64,000 bases of DNA, taken from assembly GCA_030390025.1 (NCBI GenBank), contig CM059431.1, forward strand, positions 102,922,001 through 102,986,000. Direction: 5' to 3'. Under the pieces are notes generated by a model, which was not told the DNA's origin, ran no database searches, and saw nothing but the letters and a program-made list of their open reading frames with translations. The stretch's first letter is position 1. Every line of letters begins with the position of its first letter. The translations under genes were made by a program, and so were the position numbers. The stretch is from Squalus acanthias (taxonomy: Eukaryota). Shown here piece by piece: positions 34,520-45,844 of the stretch.

Positions 34520-36754
34520 CCCCACATAAGGTCAATGGGGATATATGGCAATATCCTATAATACCCCACATAAGGTCAATGGGGATATATGGCAATATCC
34601 TATAATACCCCACATAAGGTCAATGGGGATATATGGCAATATCCTGTAATTCCCCACATAAGGACAATGGGGATATATGGCAATATCCTGTAATTCCCCA
34701 CATAAGGACAATGGGGATATTTGGCAATATCCTGTAATACCCCACATAAGGGCAATGGGGATATATGGCAATATCCTATAATACCCCACATAAGGTCAAT
34801 GGGGATATATGGCAATATTCTAGTTAAATTCGACAATGACCAGACCATCTAGGGAGTTGAGTGACTACTTGGATCTCAACCCTTTTGGTCTCCAGCTGGC
34901 AATCTAAAGATGTCGGTCATTCCCTAGACCAGTACTAGCGGAGCACACAGCAGTGGTCTCCCAGAATGTAGCTGTTCCCTCAGGGGCCCAGACTGAATCA
35001 TGTGATCATCATGTGTCTTTCATAGAATCCTAGAATCTTATGGCGCAGAAGGAGGACATTCGGCCCGTCGTGGATGTGCCGGCTCTTTGAAAGAGCTATC
35101 CAAGGGAATCAAGGGATATTGGGATCGGGCGGGAAAGTGGAGTTGAGGTTGAAGGTCAGCCATGATCTTATTGAATGGTGGAGCAGGTTCGAGGGGCCAT
35201 ATGGCCTACTCCTGCTCTTATTTCTTATGCTCTTAGTCCCACTCCCCCTGCTCTTTCACCATAGCCCAGCAAATTTTCTCCCCTTCAAATATTTCTGAAA
35301 TTTTTAATATTTGGGTGACAGTTCCATCCTCAGTTGTAAAATTTTTTTTGACTTGATTGAAGTGGAAACTGCTCTTGCACCTCAACACAAATTGTGCTAA
35401 CCCAGAGGAATGAAACGTTTGAGTCAGGACATTGGAGGTTAAGTTGTGACCCAGGAACTTTCATACATAGTCTATGCTGACACACTTGGTAGAAAACTCA
35501 CTATTGAAACTAAAACTAGAAGTATTTTTGTGCAGCGAGTGATGTGGGCATTACAGGAGGAGTGCTTTGTTTATCGAGAGAGGACTTTCAACTCTCTTAT
35601 CCGATTCCTTTTAAAAGACAATGGAAGCACTTGAATAGCACAGAGACTACGAGGTTTTCAAATTGAAGTGTATTGTTGTCCAGTCAACCAGACCCATAAA
35701 TCCCTTGATCCAGTGATGGCTTTTGAAATTGAAATCAGATAATATGACTGTAGGATAAAACCAGGAAAAGAAAGTTTTGCAGATATTTCCGGGGTTTAGC
35801 AACTCAATTAGTGCCTAAAAAGTGGGCACTATACACAAGAAGATTGGGCGCTAATCTTTTGCCCCCATTCAGGCTGGTCTTGTCAAGAAAAGTCTTTACA
35901 TTTGGCTCTTTTGATTAGAAATGGTTTCGCTACTTCATGATGTAGCTGCAGAATGTTGTAATTCTTTTTCATCACTGATGGATACCGCAGTTGTTACCAT
36001 GGTTCCCCGCCGCCCCCCCTCCACCCCCCACCATTTGGCAAAACGGCTTATTTAGAGACAGACGTGAAGCAACAGGCACAATTATTTATTATGCCAACAA
36101 GGTGATTGGCAAAAGAGCCAGAGGGGAGATGAGGAAACATTTTTTTTAATGCAGAGAGTTGTTGTGATCTGGAACGTGCTGCCTGAAAGGGCGGTGGAAG
36201 CAGATTCAATAGTAACTTTCAAAAGGGAATCGGATAAATACTTGCAGGGAAAAAAATTACAGGGCTCTGGGGAAAGAGCAAGAGGCGTGGGACTAATTGG
36301 AGAGCTCTTTCAAAGAGCCGGCACAGGCACGATGGGCCGAATGGCCACCTTCTGAGCTGTATGATTCTATGATTCTTGATGAGTTTAACAGAAAGATGTG
36401 GGTTATTGTGATCAATATGAAATTGATGGCATGCTGCCGATCTATTACATTTGGTGCTACTTTTTGTCAAAAGCACCTTTTAAAATCGCAAACAGTATCC
36501 ATAAACCTCTGCATGATTTCTACATTACCTATAATAGGAGAGTCAATAAAATTCCCAAGTATTTGTTCGAAGGGTAATATGGCTGCAAAATCCCAGACGT
36601 CGGTTGTTCCATGACCCTTTAATCAGCTTTGGGTCTGTAAAGCCTGTCAGCCGGGATGAAGTTATACTGACGAGGGTCAGCAGGAGGTCCCAGCTCCAAT
36701 TCGTTGCTGGTACGTCACACGCCCCCAGGGAGTGACCACCCAGGAAAATCACAC

Positions 36755-37680
36755 CAAATTGTGGTGGTGGTGATAGTCAATACTGAGGAGGACTGCAACA
36801 AATTACAAAAAAGACATTAATAAACTTGCAGAATGGGCATATAATTGGCAAATGAATTTCAACACAGATAAATGTGAGGTATTACATTTTGGTAAGAAAA
36901 TTAAGGAGGTCACATATTACTTGGAAAATAAATAACTAAATAGGGTAGAGGAGCAAAGGGATCTCGGAGTACAAATACACAAATTATTAAAAGTAGCGAC
37001 GCAGGTTAATAAAGCCATAAAAAAACCAAACCAAGCACTAGGGTTTATTTCTAGAGGGATAGAATTGAAAAGTAGTGAAGTTATGCTAAACCTGTATCGA
37101 ACCTTGGTTAGACCACACTTGGGGTACTGCCTACAATTCTGGTCGCTGTATTATAAAAAGGATATAGAGGCACTGGAGAGGGTGCAGAGAAGATTTACAA
37201 GGATGATACCAGAAATGCGAAGGTATACATATCCGGAAAGGATGAACAGGCTGGGTCTCTTTTCTCTTGGAAAGGAAAGGCTGAGGGATGACCTAATAGA
37301 GGTCTTTAAAATTATGAAAGATTTTGATAGAGTGGATACAGAGAGAATGTTTCCACTTGTGGGGAAGAGCATAACTAGAGGCCATCAATATAAGATAGTC
37401 ACCAAGAAATCCAATAGGGAATTCAGAAGGAACTTCTTTACCCAGAGAGTGGTGAGAATGTGGAACTCGCTACCACAGGGAGTGGTTGAGGCAAATAGTA
37501 TAGATGCATTTAAGGGGAGGCTAGACAAGCATATGAGGGAGAAAGGAATAGAGGGTTATGCTGATAGATTTAGATGAGGAAAGACGGGAGGAGGCTCGAG
37601 TGGAGCATAAACGCTGGCATGGACTGGTTGGGCCGAGTGGCCTGTTTCTGTGTCGTATATCCGATGTAATCCTGTGTAAT
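36755..37680 (+). mobile_element. CR1 subfamily B 3' fragment
   Basis: 170-aa ORF2 C-terminus. Additional CR1 tails at 35023..35290, 36100..36374 and 38288..38724. Confidence 0.93.
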
Positions 37681-39171
37681 CAGCTCTATCATGCCGTGAC
37701 ACCCAAACGCAGACTCTCTGTGGGAGCTGCTGTTCAAAACTGGCTGTAGAGCTTATCAGTTTCATTGCATGGTTTGTGACTCCAAAAGGTGTTTATGATT
37801 GATGATGTCGAACAAGAAATGATGATACTTTGCTACACGTTGTGATACGGATAACGCTTTGTGCCAGGGTAATGCCTTCACAACACCGCAGATTACGTTA
37901 GTTTTATTTGCAGAAAGAAATCTTACAGGAAAACCAACTTGTGGACACTGGCTGGAGCGAGTGGACGTGTCTCAGAGCTGTGATGACATTTTTTAAGCGT
38001 CCATAGTTCATGAGCATGCAAGAAAAATAATTTGCAATTTTTAATTGTGCTTCAATTCAATTCAATGCAGCAACACAATTATATGTCTAGTTAAAATAAT
38101 AACGATAAATACATTTAGGAAAATCAAAGTTAACACCCCTGTGTCTTTGGCAGCTGTGTTGTGTGAGGGAGAATGGTCTGGCATTGATTCCAGTTAGATT
38201 GCACCGACTGTTTCTTCAAGGTTTCCCGAGTCATTAGTGTTCAACTGTACCTCACCCCCTCCCCTTTGAAGTTATGGCTTTAGCACGTGGATAGACTGGA
38301 GAAGCTGGGGTTGTTCTCTTTAGAGCAGAAAAGGTTGAGAGGAGATTTGATAGAGGTGTTCAAAATCATGAGGGGTCTAGACAGAGTAGACAGTGAGAAA
38401 CTGTTCCCATTGGCGGAAGGGTCGAGAACCAGAGGACACAGATTTAAAGATGATTCGAAAAAGAACCAAAAGGCGACACGAGGAAAAGCTTTTTTTATGC
38501 AGCGAGTGGTTGGGATCTGGAATGCGCTGCCTGAAAGGGTGCTGGAGGAAGACTCAATCACGGCTCTCAAAAAGGAATTGGATAAGTACCTGAAGGAAAA
38601 AATTTGCAGGGCTACGGGGAAAGGGCGGGGGAGTGGGACTAGCTGAGGTGCTCTTGCAGAGAGCCGGCACGGGCTCGACGGGCCGAATGGCCTCCTTCTG
38701 TGCTGTAACCATTCTATGATTCTAGTACGAATTTCATTCCCTCACCTTCTAAGTGGCATAAATTGTTAAGTGCAATAATTTGTTTGCCAGGACACTGCAG
38801 TTTGAAAGTTTCCGCATTTTCCTTGAAACCAGTGGAAATTCACAAATATCACACAGCATTTCTGTAAGCCATGGCAATGGTAGAAAAAACAACCCCTTGG
38901 TGTTAATGCATGTGCCTAGTCAACAGAGGAGTGTGGGTTCTACTGCAAAGATCAGTGAAAGTCTACTATTTGAACGTTTGGAGGTAGACCCTATCAAGAA
39001 TGGGAACGAACCGTCTAAGATGTTTTAGGATCCCCCCCCTCCCAATATTATTTTTAGAAAGTTCCCTGTCGATACAGGTATAACTGCAGGGACAGTAATT
39101 CTGCAGGTTACATTCATCCCCAGGATAAGATTTATGCAGTAATCTTTTAGTCTTTATTATTAATAATAATT

Positions 39172-39639
39172 AAAGAAAGACTTGCATTTATATAGTGCCT
39201 TTCACAATCACCAGTCATCTCAAAGCGCTTTACAGCCAATGAAGTACTTTTTGAAGTGGAATCACTGTTGTAATGTGGGCCAACACAGCAGCCAATTTGC
39301 GCACAGCAAGCTCCCACAAACAGCAATGTGATAATGACCAGATCATCTGTTTTAGTGATGTTGGTTGAGAGATAAATATTGGCCAGGACACTGGGGATAA
39401 CTCCCCTGCTCTTCTTCGAAATAGTGCCATGGGATCTTTTACGTCCACCTGAGAGAGCAGACGGAGCCTCGGTTTAACGTCTCATCCAAAAGACGGCACC
39501 TCCGACAGTGCAGCACTCCTCAGTACTGCACTGGAGTGTCAGCCTAGCTTTATGTGCTCAAGTCCCTGGAGTGGGACCTGAACCCACAACCTTCGGACTC
39601 AGAGGCGAGTGTGCTACCCACTGAGCCACAGCTGACACT
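39172..39639 (-). mobile_element. Deu-domain SINE, full length
   Basis: Reverse complement of the 13503 family. Confidence 0.9.
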
Positions 39640-41207
39640 GATTTAATCTAATTCTGAAAGCAATACTGTATTATATAAAAACAGGCGTTTCCATCATCTG
39701 ACAGTTATGGAAATAATCACTGATTATAACTCCAAACATTGCCATAGTTTTTGGGTGAAAAGCCGATCTTGGAATTGCCCCTTTCCAGTTTGGTACCTTG
39801 GCAAAATACAGAAAGTAGTATCTAGTTACACGAGACAAAACGTGACATACCGTGAATTATTACACCAGAGTTTTGTCCACTGATAACCGATAGGTATAAC
39901 CTCTCAGTTCTGGTATCATCCTTGTCAATCTTTTTTGCACCTTCTCCGCGGAGTGCCTCTCTAACATGGAGACCAGAGCTGTGCACTGTGCTCCCAACTG
40001 TGGTCTAACCATGGTTCGAGACAAGTTTGAGAGGGGTTAACGGGGCGCTGAGACTACTGACCCTATTTTGAGGCCGTTACCGCCCCATTAACACCAGCCG
40101 AAGAATCGTCAGAATCAACCCTCTTAGCAATTGTATAAAAAGCTGATGAGTCGATATATATTTTTTTACCCATTTGAATAGAAGTGTAAACAGATCGAAA
40201 AGTTAAAATCAAGTGGCAGTAAATGCCAAAATACTTTACAAAAATGTGTTCACAAAGTACCATTGACTTCAGAGTGGGTAGGGTGACAAATTTGATCATT
40301 GAGTTAGGAAATGGCTGCTTTGCAATGATACTGAAAATGAACACATCAGTGCAAGCTTCTTGAGTAAAATTCACAAAAAACTCTCTTGTTTGCAGCGATA
40401 GCAGCAGGCAGGCTTTGCATTGATTTTTTTTTGAAATTACCATTCCCTTTTTTTGTGAAGTGCAGATTTTCACTTCTAATTCCCTCACCTCTTCATCATT
40501 CAGTTCTCACACAGGGCGCTACGCCAACACCACGGTTCAGCTAGTTTCTGCTGACTGGTGGATTGATCTGAGCTCAATTGAAATGTTCTCCTATTCATAG
40601 ATTCTTATTGCATCTTCAAAAAAAAAACACCACGACCCATAGAGACGAGAAAGATACACCCTTAGCTTTGAGATGCATGTAAACATAGGAACACATAAAA
40701 GAGATGATTCGGGGCCACAAAGGAATATAACTTTAGTGTACGGGCTGATGAATTAGTCATACGTAGAACGATTAACAAAAGGGGAGACCAAAAGAGGGAC
40801 CCATCTTTATATGTATTATATGAACTGGAAATAACTTGGATCCAACAATGTTTCAGGAAAAAAGATTTTCATTATCGAATCATAAAGAAAGACTTGCATT
40901 TCTATAGCGCCTCTCACGACCACCAGACGTCTCAAAGCACTTTACAGCCAATGAAGTACTTTTTTGAAGTGTAGTCACTGTTGTAATGTGGGAAACGCGG
41001 CAGCCAATTCACACACAGCAAGATCCCACAAACAGCAAGACAATAATGACCAGATAATCTGTTTTAGTGATGTTGATTGAGGGATAAATATTGGCCAGGA
41101 CACCGGGGATAACTCCCCTGCTCTTCTTTGAGCAGCCGAGGAGGAGCGGACCGAGCCGGGAACCGGAGCAGAGAGGAAAAAAGTCCAGGAGTCCAAAAAA
41201 TAAGGAG

Positions 41208-41335
41208 TGACGTCACAGGAAAACAGGGAAGTGATTGGTTGGTGAGTATTTCTCTCTTTACCTTGGGCATTGGTTTAAATTAAGAGCCGGGATTAAAAAC
41301 TAAACGTTCAAAAAGTGGGAGCTGATTGGTGAGTA
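41208..41335 (+). promoter_or_regulatory. Putative CR1 internal promoter motifs
   Basis: TGACGTCA (CRE) 41208..41215 and repeated ATTGG (reverse CCAAT) boxes in the 5'UTR. Confidence 0.45.
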
Positions 41336-41417
41336 CCTGGTACGTGTTTTTATTTGGCTTTCTTAAAGTTTTAAGTTTATTCCAGCTAGGTTAGTAAATA
41401 GTCTGTTAATTAGAGGT

Positions 41418-42360
41418 ATGGCAGGGCAGCTCACACCCGTGGAATGCACATCCTGTGCCATGTGGGAAGTCCTGGACACCTCCCGTGGTCTGGACGACCA
41501 CATGTGCGGGAAGTGTCGCCAGCTACAGCAGCTCGAGCACCGGGTTACGGAGCTTGAGCGACAGCTGGAGTCACTGCTGTGCATCCGCGAGGCTGAGAGC
41601 TACGTGGATAGCACCTTTCGGGAGCTGGTCACCCCGCAGCTTAAGAGTGTGCAGGCAGAGAGGGAATGGGTGACCGTCAGACAGAAGAGGAGGACCAGGC
41701 AGGTAGTGCAGGAGTCCCCTGAGCCCATCTTGCTCACCAACCAGTATTCGGTGCTGAGTACTGGTGAGGGCGTTGGTTCCTCTGGGGAGTGCAGCCAGAG
41801 CCAAGTCCACAGTACCATGGAAGGCTCAGCTGCACAGGCGGGGGGGGAAGAGGAGAGGGAGAGCAATAGTGATAGGGGATTCAATAGTTAGGGGAGCAGA
41901 CAGGCGTTACTGCGGCCGCAGACGTGACTCCAGGATGGTATGTTGCCTCCCTGGTTCCAGGGTCAAGGATGTCACTGAATGGCTGCAGGGCATTCTGAGG
42001 GGGGAGGGTGAACAGCCAGAGGTCGTGGTCCATATTGGTACCAACGACATAGGTAGGAAGAGGGATGAGGTCCTGCAGGCCGAGTTGAGGGAGCTAGGGA
42101 AGAGGTTAACATGCAGGACCTCAAAGGTAGTAATCTCCGGATTACTACCAGTGCCACGTGCTAGTGAGTACAGAAATAGGAAGATAGAGCAGATGAATGC
42201 GTGGCTGGAGAGATGGTGTAGGAGGGAGGGCTTTAGATTCCTGAGGAATTGGAACCGTTTCTGGGGGAGGTGGGACCTCTACAAGACGGGTTGCACCTCA
42301 ATGGGAACGGGACCAATATCCTCGCGGGAGGGTTTGCTCGTGCTGTTGGGGAGGGTTTAA
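41418..42360 (+). pseudogene. CR1 ORF1 (Zn-finger/coiled coil + SGNH esterase), frameshifted
   Basis: CxxC...CxxC, LEHRVTELERQL, IGDSIV, HIGTND; split over two frames at a G-run near 41840. Confidence 0.9.
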
Positions 42361-42951
42361 ACTAGCTTGGCAGGGGAATGGGAACCTAAGTATAGAGTCA
42401 ATAGGGAGGGAAGAAAAACTGGAATTGGAAAACAAAAACGTAGAAAGTAAATTGGAAGGACAGAGGAATCAAGGACTAGATAGTAGTCAACAAGGAGGTT
42501 TGCCTGTACTAAATGGTATATACTTCAATGCAAGGAGTATAGCAAACAAGGCAGATGAGCTGAGGGCACAGGTAGATACTTGGGACTATGATATTATAGC
42601 TATTACAGAGACGTGGCTGAAAGAGGGGCAGGTATGGCAGCTCAACATTCCTGGTTACAGGATTTTCAGACGGGACAGAGAGGGAGGTATAAAGCGGGGT
42701 GGGGGGGGATCATGGTATTGATTAAAGAAACTATTACAGCTGTGAGGAGGGATGATATGTTGGAGGGATCATCAAACGAGGCCATATGGGTCGAATTGAA
42801 AAATAAAAAAGGGGCGATCACACTGCTGGGAGTGTACTACAGACCCCCAAACAGTGAGAGGAAGATAGAAGAGCAAATATGTAGACAAATTTCTGAGAAG
42901 TGCAAAAACTATACGGCAGTAATAGTAGGGGATTTCAACTACCTCAATATT

Positions 42952-43687
42952 GGCCCAGAAATTTGACTCGGAGGCTTGCCGCGGGGGTAAGGATCGCGCG
43001 CGATATCACACACCGCGCCGGCCGTTGTGTTTTGGGCCCACAGGAACTTCAGGTCCTGGGCCTCTCCCTAGTGCCGGCGCGCAGTGTGTGCGTGTCCCAG
43101 GGGCGCAGTTAGTGCGATGCGACCTCTGGGATCACGTGGGCCATGGAGAGCCAATGGCAGCAGACCATCTTTCATTCATAGATTTGACAGGAGACCCCAA
43201 AAGAACAGCTAAACCTCAAATAAATTTAAAAAAAACCCATCACATTAATAAAATTACTATAGTTAAATAAATTAACCACTTTAAACAAAAATTTAAATTT
43301 TTGAAAAAATTAATTTTTTTAAAAAAAGTTATAAAAATAAACTTACCTTTCTTTAAAGTCTCTAAAAAAGATAAACCTGTTGAAAAAAATTAAAAATTAT
43401 ACTTAATTAACTACTTACCTTGTTCAAAAGGGGTTTTACGCCTCCTTTTTACTTGTGTAGAATCTTCCATACTTACCCTCGCGTTGAAACCTGAAAAAAA
43501 CCTAAGTGTGCTGCGTGCGCGCAGCCTCTAGTGCGCACGCGGTTCACCTAGGAACCGCCCCCTTCACCATACCAGAAGTGCCGGTTTCCCGCGCATGCGC
43601 AGTGCATGCAGGAAACCGGCACTTCGGGACCGAATACGGGTGAGTACACAGTGCGTACTCACCTGTTCTCGGACGAATTTTTGGGCC
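42952..43687. mobile_element. MITE (family A related) inside the CR1 endonuclease region
   Basis: TIR ggcccagaaatt / aatttttgggcc; perfect TSD att; removal restores GDFNYLNINWD. Confidence 0.93.
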
Positions 43688-44103
43688 ATTAACTGGGATA
43701 AAATTAGTGTGATGGGTATAGAGGGTGCGGAATTCCGAAAATGCATCCAGAACTTTTTTAGCCAGTATGTAGCAAGCCCAAAAAGGGAGGGGGCGGTTCC
43801 GGACTTAGTTTTAGGGAATGAAGCTGGGCAGGTAGAAGGCGTATCAGTGGGGGAGCATTTTGGTGCTAGTGACCATAATTCTGTTAGATTTAAGGTAGTT
43901 ATGGAAAAGGACAAGGATAGACCAGGAATAAAAATTCTAAATTGGGGAAAAGCAAATTTTGCTAAGCTCAGAGGGGATTTAGCCATAGTGGACTGGAAAC
44001 AGCTACTTGAAGGTAAATCAGTGTCAGAGCAGTGGGAGGCATTCAAGGAGGAGATCCGGAGGGTTCAGACCAAATATGTGCCCTTAAAGAAAAAAGGTGG
44101 GAC

Positions 44104-45844
44104 TGTAGGCTTCGCAAAATCCCCCAGAAACTCGAACAGAACCCTAACCCATGCGAATTTGGGATGATGGGGCCTAAGTGAAGTGATTTGAGGTAAAAAC
44201 CTCAGTTTTGGACATTTTAAAGATTAGGGAAGAAAAACCCTGAGGAAAATGACTTTTGAATCTTACTGTTGGGAAAGACACCTTTCACAGACACAAGACA
44301 GGCTGCGGAGGGGTGTGGCAAGGCAGTGGACAGCTTTTGAGTATTGGGGCCCAGTCAAGCTGTCTGGGAATTGTTTACACTGCAATCCAACCAAGGAGGA
44401 AGAGACAAACCCAAAACCTCACACACACATCCAAATATGAATAATCCAAGACCCCTTTTGAAATTCCCAGGCCCAAACAGGATACCAGAAGCCTGAAAAC
44501 AATAAAACATCTAGTACACCCATTACTTCATCAAAAACCAATCAACCAAGTATCTACAGGGACAGATTTACAAGCCCGCCAAAAACCTAAGACAATAGGG
44601 ACAAGATTTGGCATGTAGATAAAGGCCCTGCCTAAATGGGAGACATCGGAAGCCATCAGGACAATTTAACACCAAGTTAAAGTCATCGAAACTTAACAAG
44701 CCCGCCAAAACTAAGACAATGGAATGAACAGGCCTCAACTGAAACCTAAAGGAAACTGATTTAGTAAAGGGGTTTTGGGCGGGAAAAAGACAAAGGGCCT
44801 GAACAGTATAATTGGGGGCCTAGTCCCCCAAGAAAGTCTCAGTTCCAGTTCCAGCAAGACACTACAAGCCACACGACACGAGCAGGAGGAGGAGAGGAGC
44901 AGCAAGGCCACGAGGCAGACCCGGGGCGAGATCGGAGGCAAGGACAGACAAGGCCAGGCAAAGGCTAGAGTTGAGACCACTGGGAGCGAGTCGGCATCGC
45001 TCAGCACACGGTCCAGCACTAACAGCCACTAGCCAAGGTCACTGGAGGCTGGGAGCGAGTCGGCATTGCTCAATCCACGGTCCAGCTCCAGGAGGTACCA
45101 CCCCGACAGGCCTCCAACGCAACAAACCAACAACCAGAGCCACCAAGGGCTCCACGAGGTGAACCGACACTCGAAAGTCCCGCGGAAACCAAGGCCCCGC
45201 GCAACAACCAACCATCAGGCAACCACGACCAAGAACCAGACCAACACCAGGGAAAAACCGAAGACACTCTACAAACTATTCCTGACTTACCCCTGGGTAA
45301 GATTTTCCCTTAAAAAACTCTAAACCCTACTTCTAGGGAAGAAAATTGGGTACTCACCTGATAGAATCCAAAACGCACCTTACCGCATCAGCGGACAAAC
45401 CCAAACTGACCTGGAGTGCAGCTGGAGTCTTCAACCACATCCGGGGTACGGCAGGTCCCAACAACCAAAAACTTTAGTGAACCCCGAAATCGCGAAATAC
45501 CTCAACTGTCAAGAACTGTCATTGGTGAGCATTATCTCTGATCCTTTGAAATTGAAACCTAGCTAGACAGTGGGATTGGGAGGGATAAGGGTTTTGGTAT
45601 ATTGTCATTCTCCCTCGCCTGTACCGTGTGTTCCCCAACCTGTGTGTAAGCATCTAAGTGTGTTTTAAGTTTGTTACCTTTTTCTTTTAATAAAGTCAAA
45701 ATTCTTTCGTCAGAACCTGCTGTCTACTGCATCTTTGTTCACAACCCCTAAATAAGTCCAAAGTCTAGAACCAGGGGCGTGGGAGCGATTCGAACCGCTC
45801 ACTGAGTCAGAGGTGAAGGCTGACCCCACACATCACCCCCTACA
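44104..45844 (+). mobile_element. Solo LTR (1741 bp) inside CR1 ORF2
   Basis: TGTAGG / CCTACA termini, perfect 4-bp TSD ggac, AATAAA 45689, internal short duplications. Confidence 0.93.

Larger units (their letters stand above)
26838..34822. repeat. 44-bp tandem repeat array (~12.5 units) in three pieces: 26838..27009, 33629..33707, 34520..34822
   Basis: Unit CCCCACATAAGGACAATGGGGATATATGGCAATATCCTGTAATA; starts at 26863, 26907, 26951, 26995, 33660, 33704/34520, 34564 ... 34784; register is continuous once the insertions are removed. Confidence 0.97.
26410..34982 (+). mobile_element. Putative LTR-like host element of the 44-bp array (fragmented by nested insertions; boundaries uncertain)
   Basis: Begins tgtaggga, AATAAA near 26775 precedes the array, structured tail ends tccctca; no clean TSD. 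Confidence 0.35.

Noticed and set aside
26838..34822. CRISPR-like interpretation of the 44-bp array
   Set aside because: Units abut directly with no unique spacers; the interruptions are ordinary TE insertions; no cas genes; vertebrate context.
37914..38006. VDTGWSEWT thrombospondin-like peptide after an acceptor
   Set aside because: Runs into a stop with no donor and lacks the rest of the TSP1 pattern.
40063..40488. 141-aa minus-strand ORF
   Set aside because: Non-ATG start, no motifs; consistent with a chance ORF.
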